Shown piece by piece: positions 39,036 through 49,378 of a DNA stretch of 50,638 nt. The notes beneath the pieces are model-generated. The model saw nothing but the letters and a program-made list of their open reading frames with translations, was not told the DNA's origin and did no database searches. Source of the DNA: Campylobacterota bacterium (GTDB lineage: Bacteria; Campylobacterota; Campylobacteria; Campylobacterales; QNZT01); the NCBI GenBank assembly GCA_022600175.1, contig JAHZKW010000105.1, positions 1-50,638 of the forward strand, read 5' to 3'. The first letter of the stretch is position 1; each line of letters begins with the position of its first letter. Both the position numbers and the translations under genes were made by a program.

Positions 39036-39089
39036 ATCTTTCCTCTATGTATATCTTGGTATTATAACGAAAAAATTTAAGGAATAGGG

Positions 39090-39710
39090 ATGAAACTGTG
39101 TGTGTTCGACTTTGACTCAACACTGATGGATGGAGAAACAATCGATTTTTTGGCTAGACCTTTAGGGCTTGAAGAAAAAGTTGCAGGTATCACTGAGCGT
39201 GCTATGCAAGGGGAACTAGACTTTTTTGAAAGCCTCACAACGAGGGTATCACTGCTCAAAGGGTTAGAACAATCTACAGTTGATCAAATTTGTCAAAACT
39301 TACCATATATGCCAGGAGCCAAAGAGACTATAGCAATGCTTAAAGAGAGAGGTTACACTGTCATCGTTTTTAGCGGTGGATTCAGAAACGCCACCTCTTA
39401 TGCCAAAGATATCTTAGGCTTTGATGCAGATTTTTCAAATATTTTACATCAACGTGAAGGTATTTTAACAGGTCTTGTAGGTGGAGATATGATGTTTGAC
39501 TTCTCAAAAGGAGACATGATCACACGTATCCAAAACCTTCTTCATGTAGACAGAGCGAACACCATGGTCGTAGGTGATGGGGCAAATGACAGATCAATGT
39601 TTGCACATGCCGATACTAGAGTCGCCTTTTGTGCAAAAGATATTTTAAAACACGAAGCAAATATCATTATTGATATTAAAGACTTAACACAAATCTTGAA
39701 GGAGATATAA
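39090..39710 (+). CDS. serB: Phosphoserine phosphatase
   Basis: DFDST, ETID, SGGF and GDGAND motifs. Confidence 0.95.
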   Translation: MKLCVFDFDSTLMDGETIDFLARPLGLEEKVAGITERAMQGELDFFESLTTRVSLLKGLEQSTVDQICQNLPYMPGAKETIAMLKERGYTVIVFSGGFRNATSYAKDILGFDADFSNILHQREGILTGLVGGDMMFDFSKGDMITRIQNLLHVDRANTMVVGDGANDRSMFAHADTRVAFCAKDILKHEANIIIDIKDLTQILKEI

Positions 39711-39714
39711 CCAA

Positions 39715-40713
39715 ATGTATATAGAAGATGCAAAATTTTCACTATGGTGTGATTTTATAGAGAGAGATTTTTTAAGTGATGGACTTAATAAGCTAATTGA
39801 TCAAAAAATTGTTAATGGTGCAACAAGTAACCCTGCAATTTTTAAGAGTGCATTTTTAACTTCACCCGCATATAAAAGTGATATTGAAGCACTTCAGGGA
39901 AAAGATGCAAAAGAGATCTATGAAACTTTAGCTATCAAAGATATTCAAACTTCTGCCGATTTACTTCAAGATCTATATCTAAATGAAGATGATGGGTTTA
40001 TCAGTATTGAAGTAGATCCAAATCTCTGTGATGATGCTGAGGGGACAATTGAAGAAGCCAGAAGACTTCATCAGGCAATAGGTCGTGAAAATGTCATGAT
40101 CAAAATCCCAGCAACCAAAGCAGGTTTTGAAGCGATGGAGATACTAATTGCAGAGGGTATACATATCAATGCAACACTTATTTTTTCCCCTGCACAGGCG
40201 CTAGGCTGTCTAGATGCTTTTGAAAAAGGTTCGAAACAGTTTGCTCAAAAGAGTAACAAAGCCTTGCCAGAAGCAGTAATTAGTATTTTTGTCAGTAGAT
40301 TTGATCGAAAAATGGATGCACCATTTTTTGATAAAAATATCAAAGGTGGATTGCTTGGAATTTTCAATGCAAACCGTATTTATAACGATATAACAAAAAG
40401 AGCGCTACCAAATGTTAGAGCTCTTTTTGCAAGTACAGGTGTTAAAGGTGATACATATGTCCCAGACTACTATATCACTAACCTGCTCTTTAAAAACTCT
40501 GTCAATACAGCACCCATCGATACGATCGATGCTTTTGTAAAAACAGGGATTAAAGAGAGTAGAGAGCCATTTACTGAAGCACAAGTAGACGATTTTTTCA
40601 ATGTCGTTGAAAACCAAGGCTTTGATATGGAACAAGTCTATGACGAACTTATGGATGAAGGATTGGTGGCATTTAAAGATGCTTTCAAAGATATTTTAAA
40701 CGAACTAAACTAG
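39715..40713 (+). CDS. tal: Transaldolase
   Basis: GATSNPAIF, SIEVDP, MIKIPAT, NATLIFS and FASTGVK motifs. Confidence 0.95.
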   Translation: MYIEDAKFSLWCDFIERDFLSDGLNKLIDQKIVNGATSNPAIFKSAFLTSPAYKSDIEALQGKDAKEIYETLAIKDIQTSADLLQDLYLNEDDGFISIEVDPNLCDDAEGTIEEARRLHQAIGRENVMIKIPATKAGFEAMEILIAEGIHINATLIFSPAQALGCLDAFEKGSKQFAQKSNKALPEAVISIFVSRFDRKMDAPFFDKNIKGGLLGIFNANRIYNDITKRALPNVRALFASTGVKGDTYVPDYYITNLLFKNSVNTAPIDTIDAFVKTGIKESREPFTEAQVDDFFNVVENQGFDMEQVYDELMDEGLVAFKDAFKDILNELN

Positions 40714-40766
40714 CACTTTGTAGACAGTATACTCTGTCTGCAAAGGCAGAGTAACAAAGGACAAAG

Positions 40767-42068
40767 ATGACAGTAGTGGATATCGACCAACTGGTAGACC
40801 AACAACTTAACAACGGAAACATTGATCCAAGAGCATCTGAAAAAGCTGCTGCTACAGCGCAAAAGAGTGAAGATCAAAATGCTGTAGCATCCACAAACTT
40901 TAAAAAAGAAGCACATTTTGAGGCCAATGATCTTGAATATAAAATGCTTAAAAAACTCAAATTTTACCTTTCAGGACTTGTTGAACATGGCGGTAGTGAT
41001 CTACATATCAAAAGTTCTTCACTCATACGTGGAAGAATCAACGGTGAAATGGTACCCTTATCCAATGAAAAAATCAGTTATAGCGATGGATTACAACTTG
41101 CTAAAGAGGTTTTAAAAAGCCGTTTTGAAGAGTTAGTAGAGAATAAAAGTGTAGACTTCAACTATAAGCTCAATGAAAAGTATCGTTTTCGTGGCAACAT
41201 GTTTTTTCAAACAGATGGTGTTTCTGCTGTCTTTAGGGTTATTCCTGTGGAAATTCCCAGTATGCATGACCTCAAACTACCTGCTTCTATTGAGAAATTT
41301 TGTCACCTTAAACGTGGACTTGTTCTCGTTACTGGTCCTACAGGTAGTGGTAAATCAACCACACTCGCATCCATTATTAATCAGATCAATAAAGATCAAA
41401 GAAAACATATTATCACGATTGAAGATCCAGTAGAGTTTGTCTATAAGGATCAAAGTTCACTGATCAATCAAAGGGCAATCGGATCAGATGCACTCAACTT
41501 TTCTACAGCCCTACGTGCGGCACTTCGTGAAGATCCTGATGTTATCTTAGTGGGTGAAATGCGTGATATGGAGACGATTGAAACTGCGATGCATGCAGCG
41601 GAAACTGGGCACTTAGTACTCTCCACGCTCCATACAGTAGATGCCAAAGATACAATTAACAGAATCATCGGTATGTTCCCAGGAAATGAACAAAACAAAA
41701 TCAGAATGTCACTAGCAGCCACTTTGCAAGGTGTACTTTCACAACGACTCATCAAAACAGTCGATAACAAAAGAGCTGCAGCCATAGAGATCCTTATCAA
41801 AAATGCAAGAATCGAATCTCTGATTTCTGAATCAAGAGACAGTGAAATCACGGATGCAATCGAAGAGGGAAAAGATATCTATGGTACACAATCTTTTGAT
41901 CAAGCACTTTTAGATCTTTACAAAAGTGGTAAAATCACCGTTGAAGATGCCCTGCTTAATGCTTCAAACGCCAGTGATTTACAGATGAAGTTAACAAGTC
42001 ATGATAGTGCGGCACAAGGTGAAGTCAATCTACAAGATAGTATGATCGATCTTAAAATCACCGAATAA
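40767..42068 (+). CDS. pilT: PilT/PilU family type IV pilus retraction ATPase
   Basis: SDLHI, GPTGSGKSTT, TIEDPVE, LREDPDVILVGEMRD and AAETGHLVLSTLHT motifs. Confidence 0.88.
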   Translation: MTVVDIDQLVDQQLNNGNIDPRASEKAAATAQKSEDQNAVASTNFKKEAHFEANDLEYKMLKKLKFYLSGLVEHGGSDLHIKSSSLIRGRINGEMVPLSNEKISYSDGLQLAKEVLKSRFEELVENKSVDFNYKLNEKYRFRGNMFFQTDGVSAVFRVIPVEIPSMHDLKLPASIEKFCHLKRGLVLVTGPTGSGKSTTLASIINQINKDQRKHIITIEDPVEFVYKDQSSLINQRAIGSDALNFSTALRAALREDPDVILVGEMRDMETIETAMHAAETGHLVLSTLHTVDAKDTINRIIGMFPGNEQNKIRMSLAATLQGVLSQRLIKTVDNKRAAAIEILIKNARIESLISESRDSEITDAIEEGKDIYGTQSFDQALLDLYKSGKITVEDALLNASNASDLQMKLTSHDSAAQGEVNLQDSMIDLKITE

Positions 42069-42074
42069 TAACAG

Positions 42075-42113
42075 ATTTCAGGCTATATACTTTTCTACAC
42101 TTTAGCCTGAAAT
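42075..42113. terminator. 11-bp inverted repeat after pilT
   Basis: ATTTCAGGCTA ... TAGCCTGAAAT with a 17-nt loop. Confidence 0.45.
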
Positions 42114-42188
42114 ATGAACCCCTAAGCACTTTTTTATCTTAGTTTCTGTATAGTCTCTGTCTTAAATTTTAAATCATAAAGGAACACA

Positions 42189-42725
42189 ATGCTAGAAGGT
42201 ATCGTTAGAGATAGTATCGGTAAAAAAGCAACTAAAGCTTTCAGACGAGATGGTTATCTAATCGCCAACATTTACGCTAAAGGATTAGAAAATATCAATG
42301 CTGCATTCAAATCAAATGAATTTATCAAAGCAGTAAGAGCAAAAGAGACATTAATCTTTGATGTAAAAGTAGGTGACAAAGTACTTCCTGTAATTATTCA
42401 AGAGTACCAAAGAGATCCAGTGACAAGTCAACTTCTTCATGTTGATCTTAGAGTTGCACAAGAAGGTATTTTATCAAAATACCTTATTCCAGTTAAAACA
42501 ACAGGAACACCTAAAGGTCTTAAAAATAAAGGTGTATTAATCACTTCTAAAAAAAGACTACTTGTAAAATGTAAAGCAGAAGATCTTCCAAATGCATTTG
42601 TACTTGATGTAAGTGATCTTGATGTAGGTGACTCTGTACTCGTAAGAGATATCGATGCAATTGAAAATGTTCAAATTATGGACGCAGATAGAGTTTCAGT
42701 TGTTGGTGTAATTAAAGCTAAATAG
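42189..42725 (+). CDS. rplY: 50S ribosomal protein L25/Ctc
   Basis: RRDG..IANIY, Q..P....LHVD motifs; precedes pth. Confidence 0.95.
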   Translation: MLEGIVRDSIGKKATKAFRRDGYLIANIYAKGLENINAAFKSNEFIKAVRAKETLIFDVKVGDKVLPVIIQEYQRDPVTSQLLHVDLRVAQEGILSKYLIPVKTTGTPKGLKNKGVLITSKKRLLVKCKAEDLPNAFVLDVSDLDVGDSVLVRDIDAIENVQIMDADRVSVVGVIKAK

Positions 42726-42740
42726 AGCCTATACACAATT

Positions 42741-43301
42741 ATGACACTCATTGTCGGACTGGGTAACCCTACTGACAAATATAAGCATAACCGACATAAT
42801 ATCGGTTTTATGGTCATTGATAAACTTGTCAATGACCGTAACGCTTCAAATATTACAAAAGCTCCTTTTAAAGGGGTGCTTTTTAAATCAAACAATCTAC
42901 TTTTTTTAAAACCAATGACTTATATGAACCTCTCAGGCGAAAGTGTGGGTGCAGTTGATGCTTATTATAAACCAGATCAAATTATCGTCATTCATGATGA
43001 GTTAGATGTCGAATTTGGCAAAATACGCTTTAAAAATGGTGGCAGTCATGGTGGACATAACGGACTAAAATCAATTGATGCACATGTCGGGGCAGATTAT
43101 GATAGATTACGTTTAGGCATTGGTAGACCTGCTTTTAAAGGTGAAGTTACAAAACATGTCTTAAGTGATTTTTCAAAAGAAGAGAAACCTTGTTTAGAAA
43201 ATATTATCGATAAAGCATCTGAGATTGTTTTAGATCTTGCAGGCTCAGACATCAAATCTATACAACAGCAACATGCTTCAAAGCAGAGCTATTGTATATG
43301 A
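42741..43301 (+). CDS. pth: Peptidyl-tRNA hydrolase
   Basis: GLGNP, RHNIGF, KP.TYMNLSG and GGHNGLKSI motifs. Confidence 0.97.
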   Translation: MTLIVGLGNPTDKYKHNRHNIGFMVIDKLVNDRNASNITKAPFKGVLFKSNNLLFLKPMTYMNLSGESVGAVDAYYKPDQIIVIHDELDVEFGKIRFKNGGSHGGHNGLKSIDAHVGADYDRLRLGIGRPAFKGEVTKHVLSDFSKEEKPCLENIIDKASEIVLDLAGSDIKSIQQQHASKQSYCI

Positions 43302-44377
43302 AAACCTATCAAAAGTTCATTGTAAAACTCTATCTTAAAAACTTTTTATTACTCTTTTTAGCCTTAGAGTTTTTCTTCATAGGGATGGACCTTTTACAAA
43401 ATCTTGGGAGTATTTCACCCTCAGCAAACCTCAAAGTTCTTTATGTTTTTAACAGAGTGCTCTATTATGTTAACTTTACCTTACCTTTAGCGCTCATATT
43501 TGCAATGTTTTTATCTATTTTTAATATTATTAAATCCAATGAACTCATCTCACTTTATGCCTTAGGTATCTCAAAAGAGCAAGTGATTAAACCTATCATG
43601 TTAATTGCGGTTATCATCACACTGTTTTATATAGTATTAAACTTTTTTCCTGCTTTTGTTAATGCCTATGAAGAGTCAAAGAATATTAAGAAATATGGCC
43701 ATCCTGATCAAATCACTTCAGAACTTTTACTCAAGTCCAAAGATACCTATGCCTATATAGACCAGTTGATTCCTGAAAAAAAAGTGGGACAAGATCTTAA
43801 AGTATTTATTACTAATGAACATCGTTTAGTTGAAATTCTTGAAGCAAAAAGTGCCATATTCAAAGACAATCACTGGCAACTGCAAAATGTCAAATCTACA
43901 AAAATACCAAACTTAGAACATAATATCAGTGACAAAAAACTGATAATAGAGCATTATGAAGTAAAAGAGATACTCCACGGTTTTACACCACAGATCATTG
44001 ATACACTCTTTAAGAGACTCTCACGCCTCACTATTCAAGACGCTTTTTCAGCCATCACACTCTTAGATGAACAAAATCTAAGTAGCGACAAAATACGTGC
44101 GAACCTCTATACCTTAACATTCTTTCCACTCATCGCACCTATTCTTATTTATGGTCTCTTCTTTCCACTGCCAGCACAAAGACGAGGTACCAATATTGCC
44201 CTCTTAAGCAGTCTATTTATTTTTACGATTCTCATCATCTGGGGTGTACTATTTACCATGACTAAAATCACAGAAAATGGTGCAATTACACCTGAATATG
44301 GCATCATCATCCCTATTATTATTTTAGCACTTTTAGCGTGGTATCTCTCAAGAAAGTATCAAGTAAAACATATCTAA
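43298..44377 (+). CDS. LptF/LptG family LPS export permease
   Basis: 3 TM + periplasmic + 3 TM layout; SNELISLYALGIS motif. Confidence 0.88.
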   Translation: MKTYQKFIVKLYLKNFLLLFLALEFFFIGMDLLQNLGSISPSANLKVLYVFNRVLYYVNFTLPLALIFAMFLSIFNIIKSNELISLYALGISKEQVIKPIMLIAVIITLFYIVLNFFPAFVNAYEESKNIKKYGHPDQITSELLLKSKDTYAYIDQLIPEKKVGQDLKVFITNEHRLVEILEAKSAIFKDNHWQLQNVKSTKIPNLEHNISDKKLIIEHYEVKEILHGFTPQIIDTLFKRLSRLTIQDAFSAITLLDEQNLSSDKIRANLYTLTFFPLIAPILIYGLFFPLPAQRRGTNIALLSSLFIFTILIIWGVLFTMTKITENGAITPEYGIIIPIIILALLAWYLSRKYQVKHI

Positions 44378-44385
44378 TCTACTTC

Positions 44386-44394
44386 TGCTATAAT
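44386..44394 (+). promoter_or_regulatory. Extended -10 element 7 nt before the znuA ATG
   Basis: TGCTATAAT-CAGCCCT-ATG with no SD. Confidence 0.6.
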
Positions 44395-44401
44395 CAGCCC
44401 T

Positions 44402-45268
44402 ATGAAAAAAATAATTATAATTTTAATAGCACTCACCTCTTTTCTTTCAGCAAAAATGCAAGTTTGCGTCTCCATACTTCCTCAAGCTTTTTTTGTAGAA
44501 AAAGTAGCGCAAGATCTTGTAGATGTTGAAGTACTTGTCAAGCCCGGAGCGAGTCCTGCAACTTATACACCTAAACCCAGTCAACTTAAACTCATCTCCA
44601 ATGCCCCTCTCTACTTTACTATTGGTGTTGCATTTGAAAAAAATTGGCTTCCACGTTTTACTGCAATCAATGAAAACATGAAGCTGGTAGATACTACAAC
44701 AGGGATTAAAAAGCTAGAGATGCAAAGTGGTATTGATACCCATGAGCATCATGATCACCATGGACATGATCACGACCACCATACACATGAGGGATTAGAC
44801 CCACATATTTGGCTTGATCCAATGCTTGTGAAAATACAAGTTGCTACGATTGCACAAGCACTCGCAAAAGAAGACCCACAAAATAGTAACTTTTATCTCA
44901 AAAATGCACAAACATTTACGCAAGAACTTGAAAAGATCTCATTAGATATCCAATCACGATTAAAAGATATCAAACAAAAAGAGTTTATTGTTTTTCATCC
45001 TGCTTTTGGTTACTTTGCAAATGCATTTGGCTTAAAACAAATTGCTATTGAAAAAGAGGGCAAAGAGCCAAGTGTTAAATATATCAAGCGGATTATTGAT
45101 TTTGCACATGAACACAAGATCAAGACAATCTTTGTAGCACCACAATTTTCACAAAAGAGTGCAAAACAGATTGCAAAGCGGATCAATGGACAAGTTAAAA
45201 GTATCAACCCCCTTTCACGTGATTGGGATAAAAATATTTTAGACATTGCTAAAAGTTTTGAAAACTGA
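44402..45268 (+). CDS. znuA: Zn/Mn ABC transporter substrate-binding protein
   Basis: Signal peptide, His-rich loop, DPHIWLDP and HPAFGYFA motifs. Confidence 0.9.
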   Translation: MKKIIIILIALTSFLSAKMQVCVSILPQAFFVEKVAQDLVDVEVLVKPGASPATYTPKPSQLKLISNAPLYFTIGVAFEKNWLPRFTAINENMKLVDTTTGIKKLEMQSGIDTHEHHDHHGHDHDHHTHEGLDPHIWLDPMLVKIQVATIAQALAKEDPQNSNFYLKNAQTFTQELEKISLDIQSRLKDIKQKEFIVFHPAFGYFANAFGLKQIAIEKEGKEPSVKYIKRIIDFAHEHKIKTIFVAPQFSQKSAKQIAKRINGQVKSINPLSRDWDKNILDIAKSFEN

Positions 45269-45896
45269 TTTTCAACAAGAAGAGAACTTAGACGACCTAA
45301 TCATCTGTAGGAAATGCGCAACCCTTCATAAAAAAATAATCCTCAAAGAGAACACAAAAGCGATCTGCTCCACATGTAAAAGTGTTCTCTATCGAAAACA
45401 TACAGACCTCCTTAACAAAAGTCTCGCACTCAGCCTTTCAACACTCATCTTTTTTATCGTTGCCAATGTCTTTCCTATTGTCACAATTGACCTTGGTGGC
45501 ACACTAAATGACATCTCTTTAAGTTCTGTTTTTATCACGATGATCGACCAACAGTTCTACTTTGCAGGACTACTATCAGCCTTTGTGATCTTTCTACTAC
45601 CACTCTCTTTAAGCCTTATCTTTTTAACACTCTTAATTTTTATGAAAATAAAAATCTACGAAAAAGCTGTGAAAAAAATGCTCGTAATACTCTCTACACT
45701 TCTACCATGGAATATGGTCGAAATCTTTTTAATCTCCCTACTCGTTGCGATGGTTAAACTCATAGGCTATGCTGAAATCCATTTTGGTATCTCATTTTGG
45801 GCGTTAGTACTTTTTGTCCTTGTTAACATGTACATGACTAAAAATATTAGTATGCTTGCACTTTGGGGACTTAAGAAGAATATCTATGGCAAATAA
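45246..45896 (+). CDS. pqiA: Paraquat-inducible protein A (first unit)
   Basis: CxxC..CxxC, ANVFP and PWNMVEIFL motifs; start uncertain. Confidence 0.85.
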   Translation: MLKVLKTDFQQEENLDDLIICRKCATLHKKIILKENTKAICSTCKSVLYRKHTDLLNKSLALSLSTLIFFIVANVFPIVTIDLGGTLNDISLSSVFITMIDQQFYFAGLLSAFVIFLLPLSLSLIFLTLLIFMKIKIYEKAVKKMLVILSTLLPWNMVEIFLISLLVAMVKLIGYAEIHFGISFWALVLFVLVNMYMTKNISMLALWGLKKNIYGK

Positions 45897-46500
45897 AAGT
45901 ATAAGATATATCAACTGTCCTTACTGCCAAGCAGTCAATATTGATGCAGGTGATGAAACCATCTGTCGTAGATGTGAGTCAACCATACACCATTTTGAAC
46001 ATATTAGCTTTCAAAAATCTCTTGCATATTTAATTACAGCTATGATCTTATTTATCCCTGCAAATCTATACCCTGTACTCATCACCGAACAGTTTGGGGT
46101 AGAGAGTGCCAATACAATTTTAGGGGGCATTGTCGTACTTTGGGAAGATGGTTCTTATCCAATTGCACTAATTATACTTTTTGCTTCTATTTTTGTGCCA
46201 ATCATCAAGTTTATTTTAATATTATATCTACTCATAAGTACAAAATTTCATATTTATACGAAAAATGTTGATAAATTAAAATTATTTCATATTACAGAGT
46301 TTATAGGACCATGGTCAATGATTGATGTCTTTGTGGTATCGATCTTAGCAGCGCTTGTGCAAATGACAAGTGTTGAAATTCATCCAGGTTTTGGCATCAG
46401 TGCATTTGCCATGATGGTCTTTTTTACACTCTTATCAGCATTAGCATTTGACACAAGACTCATATGGGAGAGAGAAGATGGGACCACAAAAGATACCTGA
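45886..46500 (+). CDS. pqiA: Paraquat-inducible protein A (second unit)
   Basis: CxxC..CRRC, IPANLYP and IGPWSMIDVFVV motifs. Confidence 0.88.
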   Translation: MANKSIRYINCPYCQAVNIDAGDETICRRCESTIHHFEHISFQKSLAYLITAMILFIPANLYPVLITEQFGVESANTILGGIVVLWEDGSYPIALIILFASIFVPIIKFILILYLLISTKFHIYTKNVDKLKLFHITEFIGPWSMIDVFVVSILAALVQMTSVEIHPGFGISAFAMMVFFTLLSALAFDTRLIWEREDGTTKDT

Positions 46501-48064
46501 AGTAGAAGTAACCAAACATGAACGCCTGACGATCTCTATCTGGCTTGTTCCTGTCGTAGCACTTTTAATCTCACTCTGGTTAGCCTATCAATACTTCTCA
46601 GAACTTGGTCCAGAGATCACCATCGAATTTAAATCAAGTGCAGGACTGAAAGCCAAACAGTCTCAGGTGAGATTCCGTAATGTACCAATAGGCACCGTGA
46701 AAAAAATCACCCTTAAAGAGGGTGGTGAAAGTGTCATCGTAACTGCTCGTATCAATAAAGATGCTGAACAGTTTTTAAATTACAATGCAAAATTTTGGGT
46801 TGTACGTCCTAAAATCGACAAATCAGGTATTACAGGTCTTGAGACACTGGTTTCTGGAAGTTACATTGAACTGCATAGTGCACTAGGAACAGATTTTAAA
46901 GACGAATTTGAAGGACTCGAAGAGCCCTTTTTAGATGATGAAAATATTGAGGGTAAGTACTTTAAGCTAAGTGCACCAAGCTCTTATGATTTAGAACAAG
47001 GATCTATCGTATTTTGTAGAAACATCGAAGTTGGAGAAATTAAACAGGTTAAACTCGCCGCGCATGGTGACTTTGTACAGTTTGATATCTTTGTCAAAGA
47101 TCCCTATCACCATTTTATTAACGCACAAACGCAATTTTGGAATATGAGCAATTTTAGATTAGATATGAATCAAGCTAGACTTGATATCTCTCTTGCCTCT
47201 TCATCGCAGATTCTCTATGGTGGTATCTCTTTTAATACCCCTGGCAAAAGTCTGAACCATTATCCTTTAGAAAAAGAGCATGTCTTTCCACTCTTTGCCA
47301 ATAAAGGAGAGGCCAGAGCTAAACGTATCGGTTTTAATCAAGGAGATATACACACCTTTCAAATGCACTTCGACCAAAATGTCGGCAAACTTGATATTGG
47401 TGCACCAGTGAGGTTTCAAAACTTTCAAATTGGAAGTGTAATCAATACAGAATCTTCATTTGATAATGATCGCAACAAGATCAATACAAAAGTACTGGTT
47501 GATATTGATCTTTCCACTTTTGAAAATGAGCATAATCGCTCAACTTCGTATCTCTCAAGCGCTTTACAAAAAGGCCTTATTGCACAACTTGCACAAACCA
47601 ATCCATTGTTAGATAGTCTCTTTATTGAACTCGTTTATGATAAAAATCAAAGCAGACAAAAGATCATATCTGCCAACCCCTATGATATATTCCCCACCCG
47701 TAGTGTAACATTTGAAAATATCAGTGCAAAAATTGAAACACTGATCACTTCTATGACAACATTGGTTGAGGGCAGTACACTGCCAATTCAACAGATACTT
47801 AAAAATATCAATAAAACCTTACAAAACATCAATGCTTTAACCTCTAGTAATGGCTTAAAATCACTCCCAAAACAGATCAACACTACTCTCTCTGAGTTGC
47901 AAAATACCCTAAAATCTGCACAAACACTTATCAGCACTGAATCTAAAATGAGTGATGATATCTCAGCCTCAATGAAAGAGGTCAACAAAGCTTCAAAAAC
48001 ACTAGAGCGTGTACTTCGAAAAATTGACCAAAAACCTAATGCACTACTATTTGGAGATGACTAA
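46478..48064 (+). CDS. pqiB: PqiB MCE-domain intermembrane transport protein
   Basis: IWLVP TM, three MCE domains (FWVVRP, GLETLVSGSYI), C-terminal helix ending PNALLFG. Confidence 0.92.
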   Translation: MGPQKIPEVEVTKHERLTISIWLVPVVALLISLWLAYQYFSELGPEITIEFKSSAGLKAKQSQVRFRNVPIGTVKKITLKEGGESVIVTARINKDAEQFLNYNAKFWVVRPKIDKSGITGLETLVSGSYIELHSALGTDFKDEFEGLEEPFLDDENIEGKYFKLSAPSSYDLEQGSIVFCRNIEVGEIKQVKLAAHGDFVQFDIFVKDPYHHFINAQTQFWNMSNFRLDMNQARLDISLASSSQILYGGISFNTPGKSLNHYPLEKEHVFPLFANKGEARAKRIGFNQGDIHTFQMHFDQNVGKLDIGAPVRFQNFQIGSVINTESSFDNDRNKINTKVLVDIDLSTFENEHNRSTSYLSSALQKGLIAQLAQTNPLLDSLFIELVYDKNQSRQKIISANPYDIFPTRSVTFENISAKIETLITSMTTLVEGSTLPIQQILKNINKTLQNINALTSSNGLKSLPKQINTTLSELQNTLKSAQTLISTESKMSDDISASMKEVNKASKTLERVLRKIDQKPNALLFGDD

Positions 48065-48591
48065 TGTATCACATTTTTTTAGCACTTATCACTTTTATAC
48101 TTTTTAGTGGCTGTAGCACCAAAAAGAGCTATATTCTTTACAGTGACAAAACACCTATTATCAATCACACTTTAAATCAATCTATCGGGATCACTTCAAT
48201 CAAACTGCCTGCATACCTTCAGCATAAAAAGATTCCCTATCTCTCACATAACAATGAGATACTCTACTTAGAGAATAAAAGATGGGTCTCCTATCTTGAA
48301 GATCAACTAACCAGCCGTCTTGTCAACACTTTTCAAAAAGCATTGAGTACCTCTAAAGTCTATCACTATCCACATAACACGGATACTAAAACAGATATAG
48401 TATTACATATCACTATTCATAAATTTATCGCAGATCATGACAGTGTAGACCTTGAGGCTTCATGGCAAAACAATAACTACAGTGAACGTTTTACGACACA
48501 AGTTCCAATCCATAGAGAAGAGGACGTCATCAGAGGGATGAATCAAGCATTTGAAGCATTAGAAAGTGCATTATTACGATCCTTGCAATAA
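48064..48591 (+). CDS. pqiC: PqiC-like ABC-type transport auxiliary lipoprotein
   Basis: Lipobox FSGC, LPAYL and RW motifs; follows pqiB. Confidence 0.8.
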   Translation: MYHIFLALITFILFSGCSTKKSYILYSDKTPIINHTLNQSIGITSIKLPAYLQHKKIPYLSHNNEILYLENKRWVSYLEDQLTSRLVNTFQKALSTSKVYHYPHNTDTKTDIVLHITIHKFIADHDSVDLEASWQNNNYSERFTTQVPIHREEDVIRGMNQAFEALESALLRSLQ

Positions 48592-48640
48592 ATCAATGCG
48601 TTATGAGAAAATAAAATAAATCATTAGCTACAATGTCTTT

Positions 48641-49378
48641 ATGAGTACGCGTATTAGACAAATCCATATTGACAATTTATCCTTTGCTTATGGTGATCAT
48701 AACATATTAGAAAAAATCAATTTAGAGATTTTTAACAATGACTATATTGCTATCATTGGTCCCAATGGTGGAGGGAAAACAACACTTTTAAAATTATTAC
48801 TTGGATTTTTAAACCCCTCTAGTGGCAAGGTCAATATCTTTGAAAAATCACCCATTAATGCACGTGAAAACATTGGCTATCTACCCCAATATATTAACTT
48901 TAACATGGATATGCCAATCAATGTATTTGATATTGTCTTACAAGGTAGACTGAAACGTCATAAACTTTTTTATACTCCAAAAGATAAAGAGATTGCCTTA
49001 GACAAACTTAAACTAATGGGTGTAGAATCATTAAAAGATAGAAAGATTAAAGATCTCTCAGGTGGACAACGTCAACGTGTTTTACTTGCACGGGCATTGA
49101 CAAAAGAACCACAGATCCTCATCCTTGATGAACCTACCGCTTCAATTGATCCTGAAGGTCAACATGAAATCTATCAACTTTTAAAAACACTCCCTCTGAC
49201 AAAACTCATTGTCAGTCATGACATTAATATCCTCTTTGAAGGGGTCAATAAAGTAGCCCATATTAACAAAAGCCTGCATCTACATGATGGAATCGATAGT
49301 GATATGCATCTCAAAGAGGGACACTTCTGTGAAATGGAAATTTTAGAGTATCTCAAAGGAACACAATGTTTGAATTAA
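48641..49378 (+). CDS. znuC: Metal ABC transporter ATP-binding protein
   Basis: GPNGGGKT, LSGGQRQR, LDEPT and SHD motifs. Confidence 0.9.
   Translation: MSTRIRQIHIDNLSFAYGDHNILEKINLEIFNNDYIAIIGPNGGGKTTLLKLLLGFLNPSSGKVNIFEKSPINARENIGYLPQYINFNMDMPINVFDIVLQGRLKRHKLFYTPKDKEIALDKLKLMGVESLKDRKIKDLSGGQRQRVLLARALTKEPQILILDEPTASIDPEGQHEIYQLLKTLPLTKLIVSHDINILFEGVNKVAHINKSLHLHDGIDSDMHLKEGHFCEMEILEYLKGTQCLN

Noticed and set aside
45246-46500. Two pqiA ORFs as a frameshifted pseudogene
   Set aside because: Each is a complete unit with its own zinc-ribbon and TM region, and split pqiA is a common arrangement.
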